This document shows positions 1-11,703 of a DNA stretch of 64,000 nucleotides, in pieces. How positions within the stretch are numbered: the first letter of the stretch is position 1; the number at the start of each line of letters is the position of its first letter. Where the stretch lies: NCBI GenBank assembly GCA_037379345.1, contig CM074515.1, positions 36,957,743-37,021,742 on the forward strand, given 5' to 3'. The notes beneath the pieces were generated by a model that made no database searches, had not been told where the DNA came from, and was given only the letters and a program-made list of their open reading frames with translations. The translations under genes and the position numbers were made by a program. This stretch comes from Perna viridis. Its lineage: Eukaryota.

Positions 1-51
1 GTCTTTTTTCCATTTCTGTTTGACTTAACTTTATTCATTTGGTCAACTTAC

Positions 52-245
52 TTGTTTATAACCCACCTCTGATCCTTGAGATGAAGGTCGTAATTGTCGA
101 TGTTCCACTCCTCCTCGATCACGACTGTTGCGCCACCTACGTAACATACGAGCTGTAGATTGACACGGACACACAACACAGATAAACACAGCCAGAACAG
201 GCATCAAAACAACAATCACTATAATCACAACTATCTTTGATATAG
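52..245 (-). CDS. Coding exon: transmembrane helix and start of cytoplasmic tail of a single-pass membrane protein (likely the same gene as the CUB exon)
   Basis: Strong acceptor ATTTCTATTTCTATTTTTCAG|CT (exon starts at 245, phase 1). Open frame (x)ISKIVVIIVIVVLMPVLAVFICVVCPCQSTARMLRRWRNSRDRGGVEHRQLRPSSQGSE(VGYKQ): ~20 hydrophobic residues, a Cys cluster, then an Arg-rich positive-inside segment. Two in-frame donors: GAG|GTGGGT (exon end 67) and CAA|GTAAGT (exon end 52). CpG is retained relative to the flanks. Confidence 0.8.
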
Positions 246-2378
246 CTGAAAAATAGAAATAGAAATTATTACAATCAATGAAATCATGGTAATCACAAAA
301 ATCACATTTTTCAAATGCCTACAATAATCTAAGTTCAGAATTGTATCAAAATAAACATAAATAATGTACTCAAAGATTACGCAGGCCAATAACCATTTAC
401 CACTCATAACCATCATAATGATAAAACCTTCTGGTCATCTACAGTCACAGGTTATCAAGATCACTTAACATTATTATGTTATAAATTACAATTTTAGAAG
501 TACTAATCACTGAAATCATCATCACTGATGCTCTGAATTCCGTACTGTCTCTCAAACTAAATAAACCCATAATGCCCAGCATACTATTGATTCCAATACA
601 TAAAAAAAAGGTCAATTGCCTAGTCTTTTTATCAGAAATTGTCACACATGTAACTAATTTTTTACCTTTTCTGTCTGTCTCAACAAATAAATCTTTTCAA
701 AACTGGGATCATTTACTAGGGGTCCATGTATTAAACTGCCAATCAAAGTTAAGTGAATGCGCCAGCTTGACCCCAATTATTAAAATGCACATTTAAATCT
801 GTTGCACAATGCAGTTATATTGCTCCTTCTCAATTTCCAGAGGGAAAAATAGCAAAATGGGGTGTATTGTCACATCTAGTTTAAGTACGCAAAAACACTG
901 AGACATTAATTTACAGATAACTGCCAAGTTGCAACGGGTAAATTGGGTTATTCCTCTTTCATCAGTCTTTAATTTTTTTTTTTTTTTTTTTACAAAATAT
1001 CATTCCAAAAAGAGTTGCCAGTTATTTTTTCTTTTCCCAATGATGTGAAAACTGTCTTTGTACAAGGCAAACATAAAGACCAGTATCTATTTGAAATGAA
1101 TATTGAGAACAATCATCATTATTATTCAATCTGTCATTTCATGAAGAAATCTCTTGTGTAAATATCATTGTTTGCAAGTTTTATTTTCTTTTCACAACAA
1201 TGCAAGATAGTGCAAATGTCCTTATCAAGGCTATTTATTATGACTTAATATTCTGCCTATTGAGTATTCCTTGACAACAATTATATTATATCATCCAGGC
1301 ACTTAAGCATGTCTTTAAATATGACAGGCTTGAAAACAATACTGTTGATGCAGAAATTATTGTGAATAATTAAAGAGAAGTACAAACTAGTTGGCTTCTT
1401 GAGTGGATTAATATTAGAATTCTAATTCAATGTAAAGTGAAATGTCAGGGGTCAAACACAATCCTTAAATTGAAAACATCTATAAGATACAGACCAGCAG
1501 AAAATTTCCAAACCATCAAAATATTAATGTGTCCAGCTCTGAATATACAAAAATTGCAACCAATTCTCCTACATTTCTTTTACTTGAAATAACTAGAAAA
1601 TTGTCTTCCCAATCAGGCTGATTTGTGTTTTAAGGATAGAGCATAAGCAACATGAGTGACTCAAAATTATTGTCTGCAGTGATATATTTCAGAAATGCAG
1701 TTAGGAAGTGATTGTCTGAACTATTAACACAGGTACTACGTTTTAAAGGAAGTCTTGCAAATTCAATATGATCATATAGTGGTGTGTTATCAATAAAGAG
1801 TACAAATAGCTCCATCCATCATAGGCAAAGTCTAAAATTATACTAAAACCTTCAACTTTAGTAAAATATATTCATGGAACTAAAGTACAATCTAGCTAAT
1901 ATCAATCTTAACATTGGAGTTAACAAGAATTCTGTGAACCCTAATTTCAATCACAATATAAGGAAAATAAACTAAGTCCTCCATAAACTAGAAGCTGTAA
2001 TGGAATTCTTTCTGAAAATGGATCCCACAATATGACATATCTACAGAACAGGAAGAATGTGTTTAAATCTCATGACACTGTGATCAGTAGTTGAAAAAAA
2101 AAATATGACGGAAAAATTGTTATGGACACAGACAAGGGTACCTCCATGTCCTTGGAGCGAGATGTAATAGGTCATAACAAATTTCTATAAAGCTGTTTAA
2201 TAACTTTATTAAATATTAATATGAAATGAGATTAAAACAATTCAAGATGAGGACAGTGAATATGAAACCTATTCCACACCTTAAGAAATGTTAATGAAAA
2301 TTCTACTTGCCAAAATTGAAAACTTAGGCTGTCCTTTAGTTAGTGCATGTTGAAAATACAATTTGGTTGTCCTATAAT

Positions 2379-2597
2379 TAACTTCAACTTGTTTGAATGG
2401 TAACTTTAACTTGTCTGAATGGTAACTTTAACTTGTGCGAATGGTAACTTTAACTTGTCTGAATGGTAACTTTAACTTGTGCGAATGGTAACTTTAACTT
2501 GTCTGAATGGTAACTTTAACTTGTCTGAATGGTAACTTCAACTTGTTTGAATGGTAACTTTAACTTGTCTGAATGGTAACTTCAACTTGTGCGAATG
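2379..2597. repeat. 22-bp minisatellite, 10 copies (TAACTTYAACTTGTBYGAATGG)
   Basis: Units start at 2379, 2401, 2423 ... 2577; internal variants GTCTG/GTGCG/GTTTG and TTT/TTC. Confidence 0.95.
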
Positions 2598-4020
2598 TAA
2601 ACTTAATTTTTGCCCAGTAATAGGTCAACTTTAAAATCAGACCCTGCTGTTTTAAATATTTATCTGATGCACAGTGTAAAATTTGAATTTTTTTCATACT
2701 TTTGTGGGATTAAGATTGTTAACTGTTAAACTCTAGATTAATTTAGCTGTTATAAATCTTTGCAATCATAAATATTGTATATGTTTTATAAATTCATTAA
2801 TCATTTATGTTTTGCCTACACAGGCCACTAATATCTACTTTTTTTAAAACTTACGAACACAAGGGCAGGTATAAATTCTATATGGATATCATCATGCAAT
2901 TGTGCTACTGTCTTTTAATTAGGCATATTTAAACCTAACTATTTTGTCTGATGAATACAGTGACTTAGACTGAATGGGGACTCTTATGTTCGGACAAAAA
3001 AACAGATTTGGAAACAAGATATTCCTCCCTGGAATACAATCCCTGTCCTTTTCATACCCAACAAAGCATAATAAAGAATAGGAATTCAATGTTAATACCT
3101 CTGATTGGTACACATTTTAAATGCTCAATAGGTAAAAGATCAAAGGCAAATGACACCTGTCTTACCTAAATCTGATTAGTAAGTCTAGCCAACCACATAC
3201 TACCTGTGTCCAAAATCCGGTACAAAGCCAACATTTATCATGGTCAACCACAAAGCTCAGAGCAAACAAAGCAATTTTCCTCCCCAAACAAACACCTACG
3301 CTCATAAAAATTAATAGGAAAAGGAAGCATGAATAGTCATTTTTCTGGAGGTATAAAGTGCACTTCAGTCTATGCAATGTGTGTCAAAGTTTGCATCAGA
3401 GACAATGCAAGTATGAATATTCAATAATCAGTTTCCTGGACACAACCATAAATTAAGCCTCTGCATAGTAACTGTCATTGTTTATACTGGGCTGCATCAG
3501 TTACAGAATATGAAAGAAAAAAATATTGAACCTTTTGTGCATATGCCAACAGATGTTGGACATATAGAGTGTCAATAGATTTTACACAGAAATACATGTT
3601 GAAGTAAAATGACTCCATAAAAAGATTTATTGATGATTAACTGGTACGTAAAATAATCATAAAAACCTGTCTAAGCTATTCTCAGCCCTAAACTCTTTAA
3701 CATGTAAATAAGTCATTTTAGAAGAAAGCCTCTGCCACAGTATAAAAATTTGGCTCCTGTTTAAGACTCATGTATTTTAAATCTGAGACCAACATTCTGC
3801 ATATGAATGGATGAATTAAGTACTTAACCAAGGTCAGACAAGAGGGATTGAAATTACAGTAACACCTTTCTAAATTGAGCCAAGTATAACCAGAAGTTTT
3901 GAGATAAGAAACAAATGAAATTGATTTTGTTTTCAATTAATTTTTGGAAGCCTAAAGCATCTACAAAAGACTTCCTTTTAACTCTGGCTTCAGGACCTAT
4001 TTTTATTAGATTTAAAAGTG

Positions 4021-4717
4021 AAACTAGATAAAGTGATGCCCCTGCATTTAACCTTCATACAGCTATATCATAACTCATAATTGTAAAAAGCACTTTGTCA
4101 GATGTGTTACTGTGTCTGTGAGACACAAATGATGCCCCCGCATGTGGTTTTGAGTAAAACTCAGCATAGCTGAACAGAACTTAAACTCAATCTGTAACTA
4201 ATCATGACAGACTCACATACCAAAAACCAGTAAAATATCTTCAGCATTTACAAAAAAAAAAAAAAAAAAAAAAACGAAAACTATTATTTCAATACAATTT
4301 TTAAAAGTGCAGGGCCCATTATTTTGGTAAAACTCAGTGTAGAAGAATGAAACTTATACTCGATTTGTAACTAATCATGACAGACTCACATACCAAAAAG
4401 CAGTTCAATATCTTCAAGGGTTTACCAAAAAAAGTGTGGAAAACTGTTATTTCCATGGAATTTTTTAAGTCCAGGGTCCATAATTTTGGTAAAACTCAGT
4501 GTAGCAAAACAAAACTTTAACTCGATCTGTAACTAATTATGAAAGACTCACATACAAAAAATCAGTTCAATGTCTTCAAGGATTTTCAAAAAAAGTGCGG
4601 AAAACTTATGGGACAGACAGAATTACGGACGGAATTACAGACCAACGAAAATACGGACGGACGGACAGGGGTAAAACAATATGCCCCCTAACTTATCGTT
4701 GCGAGGGCATAAAAAAA
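4021..4717 (+). mobile_element. Non-autonomous Helentron-associated element (HINE/pearl-like) with ~3 internal 160-170 bp repeats
   Basis: 5' hairpin TGTGTCT-GTG-AGACACA followed by ATGCCCCC; repeat units at ~4155, 4328 and 4490; (GACG/GACA)n tract at 4610-4668; 3' hairpin TATGCCC...GGGCATA followed by an A-run. This matches the known bivalve HINE layout. Confidence 0.8.
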
Positions 4718-6468
4718 GTTCTCACCGCTCCTGAAGAGTTTTCTCTAATAGTATCACTAAGAAATCTGAAAATTCTATTAATCCTCTGAGTCCTTTTAGT
4801 CTTTGAATAAACACAATTTGACCTACCAATACAATTTATCCACCAAATTAAGTAAGCATAGATTTTACTGTACCATGAATCAGTGCCAGTATAAGTTTAT
4901 GTGAGACTGGTATGAAGTTATGATTCAGAATAAAATGATTTAAATTTTATTTGACCATCAAATTCTTAGCCAATAAATCTGGATGATGATTTTTATGCAA
5001 GACCTTTGTCACAGACCAAAAAATTGTGTATGACAAAGACCATTAGATATTTGGGGTATTTTCCCTTCATATCTTTCATTGTCCTGATCTATATATTGAG
5101 TTACAATGTGCAATTATCCTAGAGCACAATGCCACAAACTTAAGTACATTTGCCTTTTTCAAATCTTTTACACCTCTGCTATACTCAGTATCAACCCCAT
5201 TTCTTTATGACAAATGGATACAGTACAAGAGAAATATCTTCTCACATTTGTAATGTGTAGTGCTCATGCTTAGTAAAATTTTCAGCCTACAAAACAAGCT
5301 AGGCAAAACAAAGTTGAGAAGGAAGCAGTTACAGGTCTATATGGAAATTGCAAAAATTGCCAGCAGGTGAAATTACTTCACACAGAAGCTGGTGGACCAC
5401 TGTTTATAATATAAGCTTAAAGGCAATCAGACAAATGTAGGGTCACCATTTTTAATTAAGAATGATTAACCAAACTGAAAGTTTATATTTCACTATTGAG
5501 ACTCTCAAAAAGAGACTATCTGCATTCATGCTTTAAATAATGGCTGACCTGTATGCACCAATATAATTTTATCTAAAATTAAACCTTTTTAAATGCCAGC
5601 TGACAGGATCTAATTTGAAATTTTGCATTCATTCCAGCTCATATGTTTTTTTTTCTTGGCTTTTTAAGCCAAACCAGTTATAATTATTATTAAGTCAACA
5701 GACCATTTGAGTATTTCAAACCATAAAATTTTCAAGACCCACCTCCCTCAATATGACATTTGAATACAAATACCAAATGTGCAAGTGCCTATGTACTCTC
5801 CCAATTTGACCACCAAAATAAAAATCTGCACTTTTAAAACATTCAAAATGTCAAGTTTTTCAACCTTTAACATTTTCATACAGTTGCATATTGTGTCAAA
5901 TGTAAACAGTAAATTGAAAAGGTGAATTTGAGGTAAGGACTAAAATTTGTACAGTAAATGACTTTAAAATAAAAAAAAATAAAAATTAATTCTTTTTGAA
6001 GAGCCAAGATGTGTACCATATTTAGCTAACAGGTAATAAATTTTAAACACAAATTGTATCCCTAGGCATTAAAAGAATTACAAATCTCATACAGTGTGAT
6101 GGATCGTGTCTTACAACTAAATTAAGTCAACGTACATAGAATCCATCTGTCTATTTTTCACAACAAAATTATGCAACACACACTAAGTTGTCTATATATT
6201 GTAAACAGGATATTTTTGCACCATCTTTTATTCTTAGTAATTTCAATCAATTCACATTCACACAGGCTAAAATTTAAGACTATTTGTCAAAATGTACTAT
6301 AATCTTTGATGATGAAAACCTTGATGACAGCTTTGACTTTAGAATTTCATTTCTAACCAAGAAAATTTTTTTTTACATACATCTATTGAATATTCTCCTT
6401 CAATACTTCAAGAAACTAAGAAGTGGAACAGAGTGATATCATCAAGATTTAGATAGGGTCAAATAAAA

Positions 6469-6617
6469 CACATGCAAATATTGTTCATATGAAATTCACT
6501 TACCATGAATTTCATGTGAATTTCACATGAAGGCTAAATTTAGTAAATTGCACATTAACTCTGTCACAAATTCAGGTGAAATTAGTGTGAAAATCATGTG
6601 AAATAATTTTGCCCATG
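6469..6617 (-). mobile_element. Degenerate, shorter copy of the TTCACGTGAA-rich MITE at 19398, in opposite orientation
   Basis: Termini CACATGCAAATA ... TTTTGCCCATG(TA). Internal GAATTTCACATGAAGGCT, AACTCTGTCAC and GTGTGAAAATCATGTGAAATAA are reverse complements of segments in 19398-19613. Confidence 0.7.
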
Positions 6618-9600
6618 TAAAATTTGGGAATTATTATATAAATTTTATTTCACAGTGTAATATCTTAATTTAATTTAACATATCCAAGAACATTTTAGAC
6701 TTCGATAAAGTTAATATTTGCAACCCTGAAGCTTGTATATTGCCTGACAATATTTCATTAATATACATTGAACAGTTTGGGAAGAACAGCATGTCAGAAC
6801 ATGATAGTGGACAGACAGAAATACAAGGGGATTCTTATTTACCCTTCCAGTTAAACTACTCTAGGATATACTTAGTAGTAAAGGATGAAATAGGCCATCT
6901 CTCATAAAACACCAAACATTCAGGAGGGGTGTCATAAATTTAAAGTAAAAAATGGACCCCTATTGAACCTCAAATAAAATCTAGACCAACCTGAGAATTG
7001 ACCCTCTGTAAAATATTCTATTTTATAGAAAGTGCAGAGAAGTCATTTTTTTTTTGTAAGACCTTTTATACTCTTTTACACTGCATTAATCAGGCGTAAA
7101 AAGCTATGAATAGGTATAGAACTACAACACAAAAAAAGACTCATATTTCACTATGCTAAAAATACTGAAAAGGTTATACACATGTGCAGAATATTCCACA
7201 AATGTAAGCAAAGTGAAATTCATGGTTGCCCACTTGACACAATCTTACATCATGCCTTTCATTAAGAAGCGGTACCAGGTACTTTTACCCCTCTAAACTA
7301 CTATAAGATACCTCCAGAATTTTAAAATTTTATACATTTTTATTAAACAAAATGATGAAAAGTACCTCCTACAAAACCAAAGGTACCTGCATTGCAAAAA
7401 AATAATGAAACACCTGTTACATGTGATAGAAATTTTGGTCAGAAACATTTAGAGTGGTCAATAATGCGGCATATGAATTGAACATACATTGACTTGGTTA
7501 AAATTCTTTTTAAAACAAAACACTAACAATAATAGAAAATAGTAGAAAATAATAGAAAATACTTGTATTGATTACAGTACCATTATAAGCAGAACACAGG
7601 AACTTGTATTAGTCTTAGAGCGACAGAGGTTTTAGGGCTTACTCAAACGGTTATTGACACTGCAATTCTTTATAAATCTACAAAGGCTAGACAACAGCAT
7701 ACTTATTTCCTTGTGAAAAAGAGCCTTTTAATCAAGACTTTTAAAGTAACCACCTACTCAGGTCTAGCGAGCTGTGGTATAATACAGATAGGATCTTTTT
7801 CCTCTTGGAAATCCTTATAAATTTCTCTCCAAGTATTCTTCAAAAGGGCTTACCTCAGTCAAAGAGGGGATTTCATGATTTTTCAAATAAGTTTAAATGT
7901 CAGATCTAGAATAAAATTTAAAAAAAAAAAAAAAACAACAACAAAATCAATAGAAAGCATTAGTTTGAATTCAAATAGGACAATGACCCAATGACTCTTT
8001 GTGTTGTAGAATCCAAATAAAAACTGTGTTTGACGTGATTTAACATGCCACATGGTTTGTCTAGGCAAATCAAACCATGAAATGTCGGTCAAAAATGTAA
8101 AAACTTCATGTCATAATGTTCACAAGTAATATTACAATAAGCCTATTTCTGCATAAAAAATACCTTAGTAATCTCTGGGTTGAATGAAGGAACAGAAGAA
8201 ACCTAAATTGTTTATTTTTTTGTTGGTTTTTATATTTTGCAAGGTGAATACACAGGTTTTCTCTGGTGTTCAAAAAGTTGAGACTATGAAGAATTACTTC
8301 GGTCATAAATGTCTTATTCATTTCGAAACTTCTTTATTTAAGTCTACTGATACTGAAATACTGCCATAGACTTAAAAATGGTAAATCAGTGGCATAAAGC
8401 TGATACCACTGATCTGTACAGTGTGCTCCTTTGATTCCAGTAAAGAATAAAATATTACTCTCTTAATTTTCATGTAGGAACACTGCTTTTTTAACTAAAA
8501 ATGCCAGAGCATTTAAAATTATGCAGATTTAGGTAAAATTTTAATGACCTGATGTTAATATAATAGTTGAAGTTTTCAGGCTATAATGTGGGAGTGCAAA
8601 TAGGATTAAAATACCTTCCAGTAAGAAAAGTAATGCATTCTTTGAGTATTCAGAATAGGATAAAATCATGCCCTGATAGAAAATTATGTAAGCCGTCTGG
8701 CCTAGTATAAAACTGGTTCAATATCGACTGTTGCCAGACTGTGAATTTGCATGAGGTAAACTCGTATATATGGATATGACCCAGCTACATTTCATTGGAA
8801 CCAGTTGTACAGGCCTAGTTGTGTAGCAGAGATTGCAACCCTATTTCAGCTGTAGCAGGTCACAAGGAATTAAGATGGATAGCATTCACCCCAATCTGCT
8901 ATTGCAAGCCAAAGAGATGTATTGTATTTCATACACATGCACTAGCACCTAACACAATTCCACTGAGCTAATGCCTAAAGTTCATGTCAAAGTTACATCA
9001 CTCATTTTTTATGCATTTATTTATTCTATCCATGAAAGCTGTCATAGTACCATCTTACTGATAGACAGTGGAAATGCCAGCTCTGGGGGTATAAAGAGAA
9101 TGTCATTACAGATTGAATGCCTGTTACAATTTTAATGCTGTCTAGCTAGAGATTAGTCCCTGTCTAGATTTCTGTGTAATGGACGACCAGTTAATAACCT
9201 ATTGACAAGAGATCTATTTCAAATCAATGCATTTGCTATAGGAAATAGACAATTGTAATCTATTTTTGTGTGACAATTTGTTCACATTGTAACAACCTTG
9301 CACAGTCTATTTAAAACTTGCCATTGTGTCCACGAGGCTTAACATTCATGTTGTTAGATAAAAATCTCATAATTGAATAGGAATATTTTAATTGCTCAGT
9401 AATTATAGTCTTTGCCCGAATTAGGTTCGTTAAAGTGTTATTTCAGATACATGAGAAGAAAAAAAATTCTCTCATGCTACAAAAAATAGAAAACTTGCTA
9501 AGTTGCACTTATCTGAAACACTATAAGGAAATATTTTGTCTTTATGACATAATTTTTTGTTCAACTGACATATTTTCTGACTGCTGAGCTCGACATGAGT

Positions 9601-10919
9601 CATGCAGTCATCAAAAATGATATTTTCCCAAATCTACAACAAGCAGTAATTAATGATACATAAAATGCATGTCTTTTTGAAGCTGATACCAATCTCACAA
9701 AGTCCAAATTGATATAATAACAGGAAAACTTCATCAGACAAGGGACGATTTTGTAAAGCACTTATCTCCGCTATGGTAGCATATTTGTTCATTGGCAAAG
9801 CAATCGATTGTAGAAAATAAGCACAGTGTAAGCTTTATGTCTTGGAACCAATGACAGATATGGCTGCATAGAGCCAGACAACTAACAAGATTGCAATCAG
9901 ACTATTGCCTTTATTATTTTCCACAAAAAGACATTACCAATAGGACTAGAGAAAGATCAAAATAAACACTCAGTCATGCCTTTAGAAGAGGATTACTGCA
10001 GTCGTTCCCAGGGCTTAATCTATTTGTCTACCATCATGAAATTAAGTTCCAATTTTCTATAGCTCCATATTAAATTTGTCTGCTTTTAGCCTTACTATGA
10101 TGATGACAGATAAAAATACACAGGGCTGCTCTGAAACATGCAAACAAAAGATTGAGATAAATAATTTTGCTATTTGTTGTCTACTAATGGAATTAAAAGT
10201 TCCCACACAAAAAAAACCCTGGTTTTTCCAAATAAATTCACCACGGATGGTAAATAAACGATTCTTGTTCTGGTACAACGATTAAAACGACTGAAGAATA
10301 ATGAGGCTGCTATGATTACAGAGTTTCCTATTGATGCTATAATTTTATTTCAGAATACTTTCATTAAGGGAAAATCAAGCCATGTTCAGCAATTATAGCA
10401 TCAATACAATAACATAAAATTGTCACATCAGCATTTTTCTTTCTTCCCCTGATGAAACAAGTTTCTAAGATTAATTGGAAATGTTTAGAACAGATACTGC
10501 ATTTTTATAATGCAATTAGAAAATAAACATCTGTATCAAACATATGCAGAAACCAAGAACACACATTTAGTAAATGTCATGATGATTTTATCTGTCCAAA
10601 TTTTATGCATTTCGCACATACTATTTGATGGTCAATTATTGCCTAGTTAGGATAAAATTCAAAAGCTTGGGAATTAATAGGGCATTGAATCATTGGAATT
10701 GATAGTGAGAACTTTGAAAGTCAAGAAGCAGACAGAGAGAGAGAGACAGAAAAAGATACAAGTAAGAACAGAACCTCAGACTTTACTCCGCCAACCAAAA
10801 AAATCCACAATTGGAAGAGTAAAAGTTGAAAAAGGTGAAATTCCACTATAGATTGGGTAAAATCAGATGTAACTGAAAGATTATGACACTTCTGAAACAT
10901 CAAGAACAAAGGGGCAATA

Positions 10920-11703
10920 CAGTAAAACCTGTCTGAACTAAACCCTGAATAAATCAAGCACCTGTCTATACAAGTCCCTGAATAAATCAGTCTATACAAA
11001 ACCCTGAATAAATCAAACACCTGTCTATACAAATTCCTAAATAAATCAGTCTATACAAATCCCTGAATAAATCAATCACCTGTCTATACAATTTCCTGAA
11101 TAAATCAGTCTATACAAACCCTGAATAAATCAATCACCTGTCTATACAAATTCCTAAATAAATCAGTCTATACAAAACCCTGAATAAATCAAACACCTGT
11201 CTGAACTAAACCCTGAATAAATCAGTCTATACAAAACCCTGAATAATAAAACACCTGTCTGAACTAAACCCTGAATAAATCAATCACCTGTCTATACAAG
11301 TTCCTGAATAAATCAGTCTATACAAAACCCTGAATAAATCAGTCTATACAAAACCCTGAATAAATCAAACACCTGTCTAAATTAAACCCTGAATAAATCA
11401 AACACCTGTCTATGAAGTCCCTGAATAAATCAGTCTATACAAAACCTTGAATAAATCAAACACCTGTTTATACAAACCCTTAATAATCCAAACACCTGTC
11501 TAAAGTAAAGCCTGGATAAATCAAACACCTGTCTATACAACACCCTGAATAAACCCAACACCTGTCCAAACTAAACCCTGAATAAATCCAACACTTGTCT
11601 AAACAAGAACTTTCATGTCAGTTAAAATATTTTGAACCTGGATAAATTGAATGTGTGTCTACCCTGAACAAATGGGGTTTTACCACATAGACAGGCTTCA
11701 CTG
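10920..11703. mobile_element. Tc1/mariner-pogo-type MITE (TA TSD) inflated by an internal minisatellite
   Basis: TA|CAGTAAAACCTGTCT ... AGACAGGCTTCACTG|TA (15-bp TIR, 13/15 match). The interior is a mixed array of ~31-bp and ~23-bp units built on CCCTGAATAAATCA(AACACCT)GTCTATAC. Confidence 0.85.
10928..11604. repeat. Compound minisatellite of long (~31 bp) and short (~23 bp) units inside the MITE
   Basis: More than 20 recurrences of CCTGAATAAATC, often alternating ...AACACCTGTCTATAC and ...AGTCTATAC variants. Confidence 0.9.

Noticed and set aside
52-152. Alternative reading LVCYVGGATVVIEEEWNIDNYDLHLKDQRWVINK from an internal CAG acceptor
   Set aside because: The acceptor at 246 has a much better polypyrimidine tract, and its frame gives a coherent TM plus basic segment in phase with the CUB exon.
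2379-2597. Regular short repeats here and at 10928-11604 and 59130-59276 as possible CRISPR arrays
   Set aside because: Head-to-tail units without unique spacers, no cas genes, eukaryotic context.
10721-11032. 103-aa minus-strand ORF
   Set aside because: Starts inside the minisatellite and runs into low-complexity intron sequence.
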